Assembly: GCA_977017645.1 (NCBI GenBank)
Contig: OZ360233.1
Location: forward strand, 18,104,001-18,168,000
From: Torpedo marmorata
Lineage: Eukaryota
Direction: 5' to 3'
DNA length: 64,000 nt
The notes under the pieces are model-generated. The model made no database searches. It was not told the origin of the DNA and worked only from the letters and a program-made list of their open reading frames with translations. Below are positions 10,407 to 21,230 of the stretch, piece by piece (positions within the stretch are counted from its first letter, which is position 1; each line of letters opens with the position of its first letter). Both the position numbers and the translations under genes were made by a program.

Positions 10407-10850
10407 ATGTACCCCCTGATTTGTTTGCTGACTCTATCGGCCGTTCTGCCTGGTGAGTGTCTCTCTGGTTTATCAGCACGTGTCCGCCGGTTCAGCGATT
10501 CGTGTTTCGTTCTCGAAATGATTGGGGAAGTTTATGTAACCTATGGACCGCCGGAACGCATGACAGAGGAATTACAGACCGTGTCACTGAGCAGCAGTTA
10601 TTTGATGAGTACCTCCGCACAGTTTTGGTACATTCAATATCCTGGAGAACCTCCCAGATTTTGATGAAAATGTACAACTGCGGCGATGTGGTTACGCCTC
10701 AAGATAGCGGAAGAAGATGTCAGGTTTCTTTGAGACAAAGAGCCAGAGGGTCCACACTGACTGTCTACGGGACGCTTGAGTCGGACTCCGCCGTGTATAT
10801 CTGCGTCGTGAAGCCCACTATTCCAGAGCGATGGCGGGTCCGAATAAAAC
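10407..10850 (+). pseudogene. TCR V pseudogene C1
   Basis: Leader MYPLICLLTLSAVLP/G with GT donor. The acceptor is lost, there is a frameshift and stop after GEPPRF, the SDSAVYICVV remnant survives, and the RSS is degenerate. Confidence 0.85.
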
Positions 10851-11732
10851 GAAATCGAAATGGGCAGTGCCACCAGGGGGCGTGCTCTTCCCCCAACACA
10901 GTCCGGACCAGTGCACAGGACGGAGTCGGCAACTGTGCCTCCGGGCGAGAGTCGTCTCTAAAATGCAGCGCCGAGGTTTAGCCTCGCGTGATCAAGGACG
11001 TTTGTCTCACTCTCTGTTCCGAGGCAGAGGGGAGGAATTGAGAGAAAAGCGCGAATCTGGTGCTCACCCTTTTGCGAGAGAGGGGGAGAGACAGGATCTA
11101 CTGCGAAAGGAAGTGAGCGAAAGGGTGAAACAAATTCAGAGAGAAAAAAGGTGAGGAGTGAGGGAGAGTGAATGATAGAGAGAGATCGTGATTGACGAAG
11201 AGAGATATCACAGGAGGGAGGCAGTGGGGAGGGAGTGGTAAGTAAGGAAGAGTGTGAAAATTATTTAATGAAGGAGACATTGAGAGTGCAAGAGCGGGAG
11301 AGGGACAGAGGGAATGTGTGACTGGGGGAGAAAGAAATTGAAGGGAGGGGAGCGATAGGCACTGCTCTCGAAAGATTAAATAAGTGTAAGACGGAGTCAC
11401 GTAGAGGTAGGAAGCTTAACAGAACGCGAGAAGGGGCGTGACGGTGCAGTAAAACGAGTGAAGGTGATGGAAAGGGCGGAACGAGAGAAAAGAAGAGAGA
11501 GACGTGGGGAGTGTAAATATAGGTGGAGAAACACGTCAGAAAAAGACGGAGAATGAGAAACGGCCAACATTAACAACCAGTTTTCATTGGTTCAACAACG
11601 GCGCTCTCCTGATCCCATGTGCGAGGAGGGCGCCCTCCTGTGTGTCCCAGAGTATGGGCTGCTACTAACGAGACCCCACTGTCTTATATCGGGGCAGAAT
11701 ATGGAAATATTCGGCTGTTCACCTTCATTCTG

Positions 11733-12193
11733 GCTTCCTCACCATCCAGTAGTTTGCTGATTCTATGGGCCGTTCTGCTTGGCGAGTCTCTGTTTGATTG
11801 ATCAGCGCGTGTCCATCCCGGCTCAGCGCAATTCCTCGCATATCACACACTGCGTGTTTCATTCCAGGCACAAATGTGGAAAACTAGTGACCCACGGACG
11901 GATGGAACGGATGGCCGCGGTAAGTGTCGCTGAGCTCTGGTTACCCGAAAAAGGCTGCCGTATGTTTTTGGTACGTTCAAGTTCCCGTGGAGTCTTGGAT
12001 ACATTTGCTGAAAATGTACAGCGCAGGAGATGAGGTTCCGTGTCACGATTGTCCGGTCAGGATGACGGGTTCCTTGGAGAAAAGGGGCCGGATACCTTAA
12101 TATCTCCGAAGCTATTGAAGCGGACCTGGCCGTTTATGTCTGCGCGGTGCGGCTCACAATGTTCCTGGGATATTGCGGAGACGCACAAAAGCT
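11733..12193 (+). pseudogene. TCR V pseudogene D1 (RSS retained)
   Basis: Leader lacks an ATG and has a GC donor. The V exon is frameshifted and ends DLAVYVCAVR. RSS is CACAATG (12155), 23 nt, ACAAAAGCT. Confidence 0.85.
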
Positions 12194-12598
12194 CATTCTG
12201 AGATGGGAAGAGGTTTGACAGAAAATGGCAGAAAGAAGACGGGATTGCGAAAAGTTAAGCAGGTGAAAACGTGAGACAGAGTGAGGTAGAGCAATAGAAC
12301 GAAAGAAGGGGAGAGAGGGTGGAGTGAGTGAAAGGGAGGGAGGAGATACACAGATGGAAGGAGAAAGATGCGGCGAGTGTACAGATAGAGGGTGATATTT
12401 GCTTGAAGGAACGGGAACGAGATGCAGACTGTCTTACCAACTCGGTCTGATTGGTTCAATAATGGCCACTCGAACCAATCCTGTGGGAGGGAAACACTCA
12501 CATATCTGTCCTTGCCGTTGGTTCGCTCATAACATCGCCCCACCCCTTGTATAGCGGTAACACAAAGAAATATTCGATTTTGATCTTAATCCCGTACG

Positions 12599-12644
12599 AT
12601 GTCCTCCCTGAGTTGTTTGCTGATTCTGTGGGCCGTTCTGACTG
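12599..12644 (+). other. Orphan leader exon E2 (MSSLSCLLILWAVLT/G)
   Basis: 46-nt open exon with GTGAGT donor and upstream CCAAT/TATA-like promoter. Confidence 0.8.
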
Positions 12645-12975
12645 GTGAGTCTGTCTGATTGGTCAGTGACGTCTGTCCATCGTCCTTGCTCTACGAGTCT
12701 CCCTCTTTAACTTAATTAAAGGTAGACAATTCCCCCAAGTCAAACCCTCTCCGTCGCACGTTCTCCCACCGTTTACTCATTTACACACTCTCTGTTTACT
12801 GAACTTCCTCACGGTCGATCTGTCGCTCTATCTCTCTCTCCCTCCTCGCCGTTCTCGTGAAAGGGAAACGGCTCGTGTCTCCAACAGAGTTTCTGCTGCT
12901 TCCGACGTGAGTTTACGCACTTCTATCGGGCGAGCATTTTTAAAATATCCTTCCTTCGAATTTAATCCGGGCATC

Positions 12976-13440
12976 ATGCTCCTCCTTTGTCGTTCGCTGA
13001 TTCTATGGGCCGTTCTGCCTGGTGAGACTGATTGATCAACACGAGTCCCGCGGGGTCAGTGCCGTTTCGCGCAGTTCACACATTCTGTCTTTTGTTCCAG
13101 TGGCGAGTGGGAACGATTCAGTGACCCAAGAACCCCCGGAACTGATTGTCAATGAAGGGCAGATCGTATCACTGAGCTGTAGTTACTCGATTAATCCCGC
13201 TGCATTTTTTTGGTACATTCAACGTCCTGGAGAATCTCCCAAATATTTGCTGAAAATCTACACGTCAGGAGATGTGGTTCCGTCTCCCGATTGTCCGGAG
13301 AGGATATCGAGTTCATTGGAGAAAAAGAGCCAGACATTCCACCTCAATAACTCGAAAACCCTTGTGGAGGATTCTGCCGTGTATCTCTGCGCCGTGAAGC
13401 TCACACTGTTCCAGGGCGGTGGCAGATCCGCACAAAAACT
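12976..13440 (+). CDS. TRAV: TCR V segment A2 (leader 12976-13021, V exon 13101-13401, 23-RSS)
   Basis: Open leader and V exon with the conserved Cys, Trp and Cys. RSS is CACACTG (13402), 23 nt, ACAAAAACT. Confidence 0.88.
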
Positions 13441-13718
13441 CACCTCGAGACATTGAATCGGACCCTATGGCTAGGGGGCGCTCTCGGCCACGCAATGGAA
13501 GCGACTACACGACGTTTCTGAAGAGTCTGCTGAAAACTGTAACGCCGAGTTGCAGGAGATTTGTCCTCCTATGAGCGTTTCTCTTTCTCTGCCTCCTCTG
13601 TGTCCGATTCCTTAGTTTGAGGTGGAAGGTAGGAAGTGAGGAAAAGAGAAAGAAATGGATAGCTGGAAAAGGGAAGTAGTGTTCTTTTGATGGAAATTGA
13701 GAGATTAAAAAAAGTGGT

Positions 13719-13900
13719 AGATGGAGGTTCAATTTTAATCTTTAAGGAAAAGTTGGATAGGTATATGGACGAGAGAGGTGCGGAGGGTTATGGGCCGGGT
13801 GCGGGTCAGTGGGACGAGGTGGGAGAATGTATTCGGCATGGACTAGAAGGACCGAACTGGCCTGTTTCTGTGCTGTAAATGTTATATGGTTATATATGGT
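13719..13900 (+). mobile_element. CR1-type LINE/SINE 3' tail insertion (units 2, 3, 5, 7, 9 only)
   Basis: ~180 bp absent from units 1, 4, 6 and 8. It encodes FKEKLDRYM and ends GGCCTGTTTCTGTGCTGT plus a short ATGGTTAT-type tail. TGGT is repeated at both edges. Other copies lie at ~21231-21412, 34703-34884, 48195-48376 and 61738-61919. Confidence 0.75.
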
Positions 13901-16520
13901 GTGGGTAGGACAGTAGCGTGGCCCCTCGGCCTGTCCTTTCTAAAATCAACAAGCTCCTTGGTCTTGGTGTCATTAAGAAAAAGATTGTTTATACTCCAGG
14001 TAGAGCTACAACCCAATCCAATAACTGCTCTTTTCGGGGTTATTGACCCAGACACAGGGAGTTTTTCTGTACCTGTTCAACGGGTTGTGACTTTCTCTAC
14101 ATTGTTGGCTAGAAGAGCCATCCTATTGAAATGGAAAGACTCTTGACCTCCAACAGTGTTTCAATGGTTTTCTCATATTATGTCTTGTTTAAGCTTAGAA
14201 AAAAAATCGATATTATGCATTTGATTCATCGGTGAAATTTGAAGATACATGGCGACCTTTTATGTCTTATTTTCATATGATGTAAGTGTTTCTAATGTAA
14301 TTAGATGTATTTACTCTTCCTATTATGGTGACGTCGATCCAACAATAGTCACCTGGAGGCTAAGTGAGATACTTGTCTTTGACGCGTTTTAAATAATTTA
14401 CCAACAAAGTCCAATATGTTCAAAATCTTTATTTACACACGTGGTTTGCAGTAATCTTCAATGACTTCAATATAAACAGTTCTTGAAAACGATGTATGAT
14501 GAGTTTCTTTAAATGATTCTATAAACAATTCTAAACTACAAAGCAACCAGTTCAATGTTCTGAAACACTCGATGAAACAATAAAGAAACGATATAAAACG
14601 GTCAATAAAGATATGGAGATCTCACACACCCTCCTACATCTTATTCTTTCTCCTATTCTCTAATTCGCGCATGCCCCGTCGCTCCTATACCACTGCGCAC
14701 CCTACACCGCGCATACTTCATTTCCCAGACTACACCGCGCACAATGACGTCACTCCAGACTGCGCATGCGCCCTTTGGCACTCCAGCACATGCGCAGAGC
14801 ACAGAACGGGCCGAGGACGGCCTACAGACAACGCGAGTGCTGTACACCCGACGAGACATCGGAGCACCGCAGCAACGGTAAGTTAATGAGCCTACGGCTC
14901 TTACACTTCCTTTGCTTTTTGATTTACGGTAGGAACCAAAAATTACAAAATATACATAACCTTCAGGATAAGCGGCTCATCTCTTTTTTTGTTAGTTGGT
15001 TTTTTTAAAATTAGTGAAGGATTGGTGTTTTTTTTTGAAATATAATACTTTTGATTTTTTTTTAATTGTTACCCATTGCAGTGGAGGGGGGATCGAATTT
15101 ATACTGTTTGAAGTTTTATTTTAATATAATCATATGTGATATTGTATTTTCAATTTCGTTCCCTTATCTTTATTAAATTGTATTTCTTATAAAAATAAAA
15201 ATATTGAAAAAGAAAGATTGTTGTTCTGGAACCACCCAACCAGGTTCTTGATTTCCATCGTGCATTCTGGCTCATCTTTTCCAGTTATTCACCCAACACT
15301 GGTGGTGTCGCCATCTAATTTGTAGATTGAGTTGGAGCTGAACTTGGCTGCACAGTCATGGATGCCCATGGCATGGAGTGGGGGACAAAGCAGGCAGCCT
15401 TGGAGTGCTCCTGTGTTGGTGGTCAGCGAGGAGGAGGTGATGTGGTTGATTAGCACTGTTTGGGTCTGCCAAAGAGGAATTCAAAGATCCAGTCGCAGTG
15501 GGATGGACAGTGTTCTAGATCCTTCAGCTTGGTCATAGGCTTTGCAGGTATGAGGGTGTTGAACGCCGAGCTGTAGTCAATGAACAACAGCTCCACGAAG
15601 GTGTTTCGGTGGTCCAGGTGATTTAATGCAGAGTGGAGAGTCAGCGATATGACGCCGTCAGTTGAACTTTTGTGGCAATAGGTGAACTTAATTGGGACCA
15701 GGTTCTTCCAGAGATAGGAGTAAATTCGCTCCATAACCAACATCTGAAAACATTTCATCACAGTCGGTCAACTTGCTCTTCTTGGGCAAGTCGGGGAGGG
15801 AGGAGATTGGAAGCAAACACACCGAAATGCTGGAGGAACACAGCCGGTCTCGCAGCGTCCATAGGAGGGACAGATATCTAACCAACGTTTCCGCCTAAGC
15901 CCTTTTTTCAAGAAATAAGCAAAGCTCAGGAAGGCGTCAGAATAAAAACTGACGATTGGCAGGTGGAGGAGACAGAATAACAGGTGTTAATTGGATATGG
16001 ATGGAGGAGAAGTGAGAATTGATTTTGGCTCTGTGAAGGGAGNNNNNNNNNNNNNNNNNNNNNNNNNNNNNNNNNNNNNNNNNNNNNNNNNNNNNNNNNN
16101 NNNNNNNNNNNNNNNNNNNNNNNNNNNNNNNNNNNNNNNNNNNNNNNNNNNNNNNNNNNNNNNNNNNNNNNNNNNNNNNNNNNNNNNNNNNNNNNNNNNN
16201 NGATCTGGGGGAAAAGCGACAGGAGGAAGTAGAACGGGGGATGTTTAACGAAAAATTGAGAAGTCGATGTTAATGCCATCCGGTTGGAAGGTGCCCAGAC
16301 GGAAGATGAGGTGTTGTTCCTCCAATTGTCACGTGGTCACAGTCTAGCAGTGCATGAGACCATGGACAGACATGTTAGAAAATGAGTGGATCGGGGAATT
16401 GAAATGGGTGGCCACTGGGAGATCCACGCGTTTACGCTGGAGAGAGCCGAGGTGCTCAACAAAGCGATCTCAGAGTCTGCGCCCGGTATCTGCGATGTAG
16501 AGGAGACAAGAGCAGACTGG
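13901..16520. mobile_element. Unit 2 retroelement stack (Rex1, nested L1 3' end, Penelope fragment)
   Basis: Same motifs as unit 1. RT ORF at 15450-15761 (-). Confidence 0.8.
14321..14905 (-). mobile_element. Solo LTR (585 bp) with 5-bp TSD CTTCC, unique to unit 2
   Basis: Absent from all other units. CTTCC at 14316-14320 and 14906-14910. Minus-strand termini are TGTAA...ATAATA (TG..CA with one change), with a minus-strand AATAAA ~110 nt from its 3' end. Confidence 0.75.
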
Positions 16521-16729
16521 AAACGAAGCATGTACGGGAAGGGCAGAGAAAGACAACCAGAGAGACTGCCTTGAGACCTGCTGGTTTATATTGGTTCCAG
16601 CGCAGCGTCATCCAGAGCGAATGACCAATCCTGTGCGAGGGAAAGCCACCAATCTCGGAGCGGCGGCTGCTGCTGACGTGAAGTTGTAAATATAGCAAAT
16701 ATTGTTCTTTTGACCTTCATTCGGGCACC

Positions 16730-17198
16730 ATGTCCCTCAAGAGGTACCTGCTGATTGTATGGGCCATTCTGGCAGGTGAGTCTCTGTCTGATCAGTCAGT
16801 GCGTCCCGCGGATTCAGCGCAATCCCGTGCCGCTCACACACTCCGTGTTTCATTCCAGGCACGAGTGGGGAGGAATCCGTGACCCAAGGACCGTCGGAAA
16901 TGATGGCGGAGGAAAGACAGACCGTGCCACTGAGCTGTAGTTATTCGACGAGTCACACCGCATATTTGTGGTACCTTAAACATCTTGGAGAACCTCCCAA
17001 ATATTTGCTGAAAATGTACAGCTCGGGAGAAGTGGTTCCGTCTCACGATTGTCCGGATCGGATGTCGGGTTCTTTGGAGAAAAAGAGCCAGCGCTTTCAC
17101 TTGAGTATCTCTGGGGCTCTTGTGGAGGACTCCGCCACGTATTTCTGCGCCGTGCGGCCCACACTGTTCCTGGGCGATGACGGATCCGCACAAAAACT
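16730..17198 (+). CDS. TRAV: TCR V segment B2 (leader 16730-16775, V exon 16859-17159, 23-RSS)
   Basis: MSLKRYLLIVWAILA/G plus an open V exon ending YFCAVR. RSS is CACACTG (17160), 23 nt, ACAAAAACT. Confidence 0.88.
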
Positions 17199-17878
17199 CG
17201 TTTTGAGAATGAGGAAGGTGCCGTGCAGCGCCGCGATTTACCCTTGCGTGAGCAAAGGCGATTATCTTCCTCCCCGTTCCGAGAAAAACGGGGATCAATG
17301 TGAACAGCGTTTTACCAGAGAGGAGCGGAGACAGGAAATAAAGGGAAAGAGAGTTAGCGAGAGATTGATAGAAATTGAGAGAGAGAGAGGAAGAGAGAGA
17401 TTAATTTGAGCAGTGAGAGAGAGAGGGAGTGAATGGAAGAGGGAGGGATGTGATGGGCGAAGAGAGACGAAAACGCAAGGGTTGGCGACCGAGAGCGGTA
17501 CTGAGAGAGAGTACGATAGTGAGTGAATGAGGGATACATTGAGCGAGGAGGATGGGGAGTGAGCGGGAGTGGGTTCAGAAAGAGAGAGAGAGAGGGAGAG
17601 AGACAGAAAGAGAGTGAGAGCGAGAGAGAGAGAAAGAGAGAGAGAGTGAGAGATGTGGAGTATACAGAGAGGCGGAGAAACGCGAGAAGAACGGAGAATG
17701 GGAGCCGGTCGGCATTAACAACCTGCTCAATGGTAGCGTCAACCTGACCCAACAAGAAATGCTGTGCGACGAAAACGGCCGGTGCGTCCCACGGGGTTGG
17801 ATGCTCCTGACTTCACCCCATCTCGTATATCGGGGTAACATGAGGAAATGTTCTTCTTTTGACTTACACTCGGGCACC

Positions 17879-18320
17879 ATGTACCCCCTGATTTGTTTGC
17901 TGACTCTATCGGCCGTTCTGCCTGGTGAGTGTCTCTCTGGTTTATCAGCACGTGTCCGCCGGTTCAACGATTCGTGTTTCGTTCTCGAAATGATTGGGGA
18001 AGTTTATGTGACCTTTGGACCGCCGGAACGCATGACAGAGGAATTACAGACCGTGTCACTGAGCTGCAGTTATTTGATGAGTACCTCCGCACAGTTTTGG
18101 TACATTCAATATCCCGGAGAACCTCCCTGATTTTGATGAAAATGTACAACTGCGGCGATGTGGTTACGCCTCAAGATTGCGGAAGAAGTTGTCAGGTTTC
18201 TTTGAGACAAAGAGCCAGCGAGTACACCTGATTGTCTAGGGACGTTTGAGTCGGACTCCGCCGTGTATATCTGCGTCGTGAAGCCCACTATTCCAGAGCG
18301 ATGGCGGGTCCGTATAAAAC
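17879..18320 (+). pseudogene. TCR V pseudogene C2
   Basis: Leader intact, acceptor lost, stop after GEPP, RSS degenerate. Confidence 0.85.
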
Positions 18321-19202
18321 GAAATTGAAATGGGCAGTGCCACCAGGGGGCGTGCTCCTCCCACAACACATTGCGGACCAGTGCACAGGACGGAGTCGGC
18401 AACTGTGCCTCCGGGCGAGAGTCGTCTCTTAAATGCAGCGCAGAGGTTGACCCTTGCGTGATCAAGGACGTTTGTCTCACTCTCTGTTCCGAGGCGGAGG
18501 GGAGGAATTGAGAGGAAAGCGCGGAATCTGGTGCTCCCCCTTTTGCGAGAGAGGGGGAGAGACAGGATCTGCTGAGAAAGGGAGTGAGCGAAAGGGTGAA
18601 AGAAATTCAGTAGAAAGAAGGTGAGGAGTGAGAGAGAGTGAATGATAGAGAGAGATCGTGATTGACGAAGAGAGATATCACAGGAGGGAGGCAGTGGGGA
18701 GGGAGTGGTAAGTAAGGAAGAGTGTGAAAATTATTTAATGAAGGAGACATTGAGAGTGCAAGAGCGGGAGAAGGACAGAGGGAACGTGTGACAGTGGGAG
18801 AAAGTGATTGAAGGGAGGGGAGCGATAGGCACTGCTCTCGAAAGATTAAATAACTGTAAGACGGAGTCGCGTAGAGGCAGGAAGCTTAACAGAACGCGAG
18901 AAGGGGCGTGAAGGTGCAGGAAAACGAGTGAAGGTGCTGGAAAGAGCGGAACGAGAGAAAATAAGAGAGAGACGTGGGGAGTGCAAATATAGGTGGCGAA
19001 ACACGTCCGAAAAAGACGGAGAATGAGAAACGGCCAACATTAACAACCAGTTTTCATTGGTACAACAACAGCGCTCTCTTGAGCCCATGTGCGAGGAGGG
19101 CGCCCTCCTGTGTGTCCCAGAGGATGGGCCGCTACTAACGAGACCCCACTGTCTGAAATCGGGGCAGAATATGGAAATATTCGGCTGTTCACCTTCATTC
19201 TG

Positions 19203-19663
19203 GCTTCCTCACCATCCAGTAGTTTGCTGATTCTATGGGCCGTTCTGCTTGGCGAGTCTCTGTCTGATTGGTCAGCGCGTGTCCCTCCCGGCTCAGCGCA
19301 ATTCCTCGCATATCACACACTGCGTGTTTCATTCCAGGCACAAATGTGGAAATCTAGTGACCCACCGACCGATGGAACGGATGGCCGCAGGAAGTGTCGC
19401 TGACATCTAGTTACCCGAAAAAGGCTACCGTATGTTTTTGGTACATTCAAATTCTCGTGGGGACTTGGATATATTTGCTGAAAATGTACAGCGCAGGAGA
19501 TGAGGTTCCGTGTCACGATTGCCCGGACAGGATGACGGGTTCCTTGGAGAAAAGTGGCCGTATACCTCAATATTTCCAAGGCTCCTGAAGCGGACCTGGC
19601 CGTTTATGTCTGCGCGGTGCGGCCCACACTGTTCCTGGGATATTGCGGAGAGGCACAAAAGCT
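19203..19663 (+). pseudogene. TCR V pseudogene D2 (RSS retained)
   Basis: No ATG, GC donor, first Cys lost, frameshifts. RSS is CACACTG (19625), 23 nt, ACAAAAGCT. Confidence 0.85.
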
Positions 19664-20083
19664 CATTCTGAGATGGGAAGTGGTTTGAGAGAAAATGGCA
19701 GAAAGAAGACGGGAGAGCGTGTTAAGGATTGCGAAAAGCTAAGCAGGTGAAAACGTGAGACAGAGTGAGGTAGAACAATAGAACGAAAGAAGGGGAGTGA
19801 GAGTGAAGTGAGTGAAAGGGAAGGAAGAGATACACAGATGGAAGGAGAAAGATGCAGCGAGTGTACAGATAGAGCGTGAAATTTGCGTGAAGGACCGGGA
19901 ACGAGATACAGACTGTCTTATCAACTCGGTCTGATTGGTTCAATAATGACCACTCGAACCAATCCTGTGTGAGGGAAACACTCACATATCTGTCCAAGGC
20001 GTTGGTTCGCTCTTAACATCGCCCCACCCCTTGTATAGTGGTAACACAAAGAAATATTCGATTTTAAACTTAATCCGCGTACC

Positions 20084-20129
20084 ATGTCCTCCCTGAGTTG
20101 TTTGCTGATTCTGTGGGCCATTCTGACTG
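20084..20129 (+). other. Orphan leader exon E3
   Basis: ACCATG, 46-nt open exon, GTGAGT donor. Confidence 0.8.
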
Positions 20130-20487
20130 GTGAGTCTGTCTGATTGGTCAGCGACGTCTGTCCATCGTCCTTGCTCTAAAGTCTCACTCTTTAACTTAAT
20201 TAAAGGTGGACAATTCCCCCAAGTCAAACCCTCTCCGTCGCACGTTCTCCCACCGTTTACTCATTTACACACTCTTTGTTTACTGGACTTCCTCACGGTC
20301 GCTCTGTCGCTCTATCTCTGTAGCTCTATCTCTCTCTCTCTCTCTCTCTCTCCCTCCTCGCCGTTCTCGTGAGAGGGAAACGGCCCGTGTCTCCAAAAGA
20401 GTTTCTGCTGCTTCCGACGTGAATTTGCGCTCTTCCATCCGGCGAGGATTTGTAAAATATCCTTCCTTCGAATTTAATCCGGGCATC

Positions 20488-20952
20488 ATGTTCCTCCTTT
20501 GTCCTTCGCTGATTCTATGGGCCGTTCTGCCTGGTGAGACTGATTGATCAACACGTGTCCCGCGGGGTCAGTGCCGTTTCGCCCCGTTCACAAATTCTGT
20601 CTTTTGTTCCAGGGGCCAGTGGGAACGATTCAGTGACCCAAGAATCCCCGGAATTGATTGTCAATGAAGGACAGATCGTATCACTGAGCTGCAGTTACTC
20701 GAAAAATCCCGATGCATATTTTTGGTACATTCAACGTCCTGGAGAATCTCCCAAATATTTGCTGAAAATCTACGCGTCAGGAGATGTGGCTCCGTCTCCC
20801 GATTGTCCGGAGAGGATATCGGGTTCATTGGAGAAAAAGAGCCAGACATTCCACCTAAATAACTCGAAAACCCTTGTGGAGGATTCTGCCGTGTATCTCT
20901 GCGCCGTGAAGCTCACACTGTTCCAGGGCGGTGGCAAATCCGCACAAAAACT
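20488..20952 (+). CDS. TRAV: TCR V segment A3 (leader 20488-20533, V exon 20613-20913, 23-RSS)
   Basis: Open frame with CDR1 SKNPDAY. RSS is CACACTG (20914), 23 nt, ACAAAAACT. Confidence 0.88.
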
Positions 20953-21230
20953 CACCTCGAGACATTGAATCGGACCCTATGGCTAGGGGGCGCTCTCGGC
21001 CACGCAATGGAAGCGACTACACGACGTTCCTGGAGAGTCTTCTGAAAAGTGCAACGCCGAGTTGCAGGAGATTTGTCCTCCTCTGAGCGTTTCTCTTTCT
21101 CTGCCTCCTCTGTGTCCGATTCCTTAGTTTGAGGTGGAAGGTGGGAAGTCAGGGAAAGAGAAAGAAATGGATAGCTGGAAAAGGGAAGTCGTGTTCTTTT
21201 GATGGAAATTGAGAGATTAAAAAAAGTGGT

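Noticed and set aside
9370-10408. Long minus-strand ORFs (233 aa, 157 aa and their paralogues, SLSLSL-rich)
   Set aside because: They are antisense shadows of V exons and translations of GA/CT microsatellites with no protein motifs.
11846-11885. CACACTG in the D-family intron as a cryptic RSS
   Set aside because: There is no nonamer at 12- or 23-nt spacing. It is part of the conserved region before the splice acceptor.
13022-13456. ORF-track proteins starting MRLIDQH.. and running past CAVKLTLFQGGG
   Set aside because: They begin at the GTG of the splice donor, read through the intron and continue through the RSS. LFQGGG is RSS spacer, not a germline-joined J segment.
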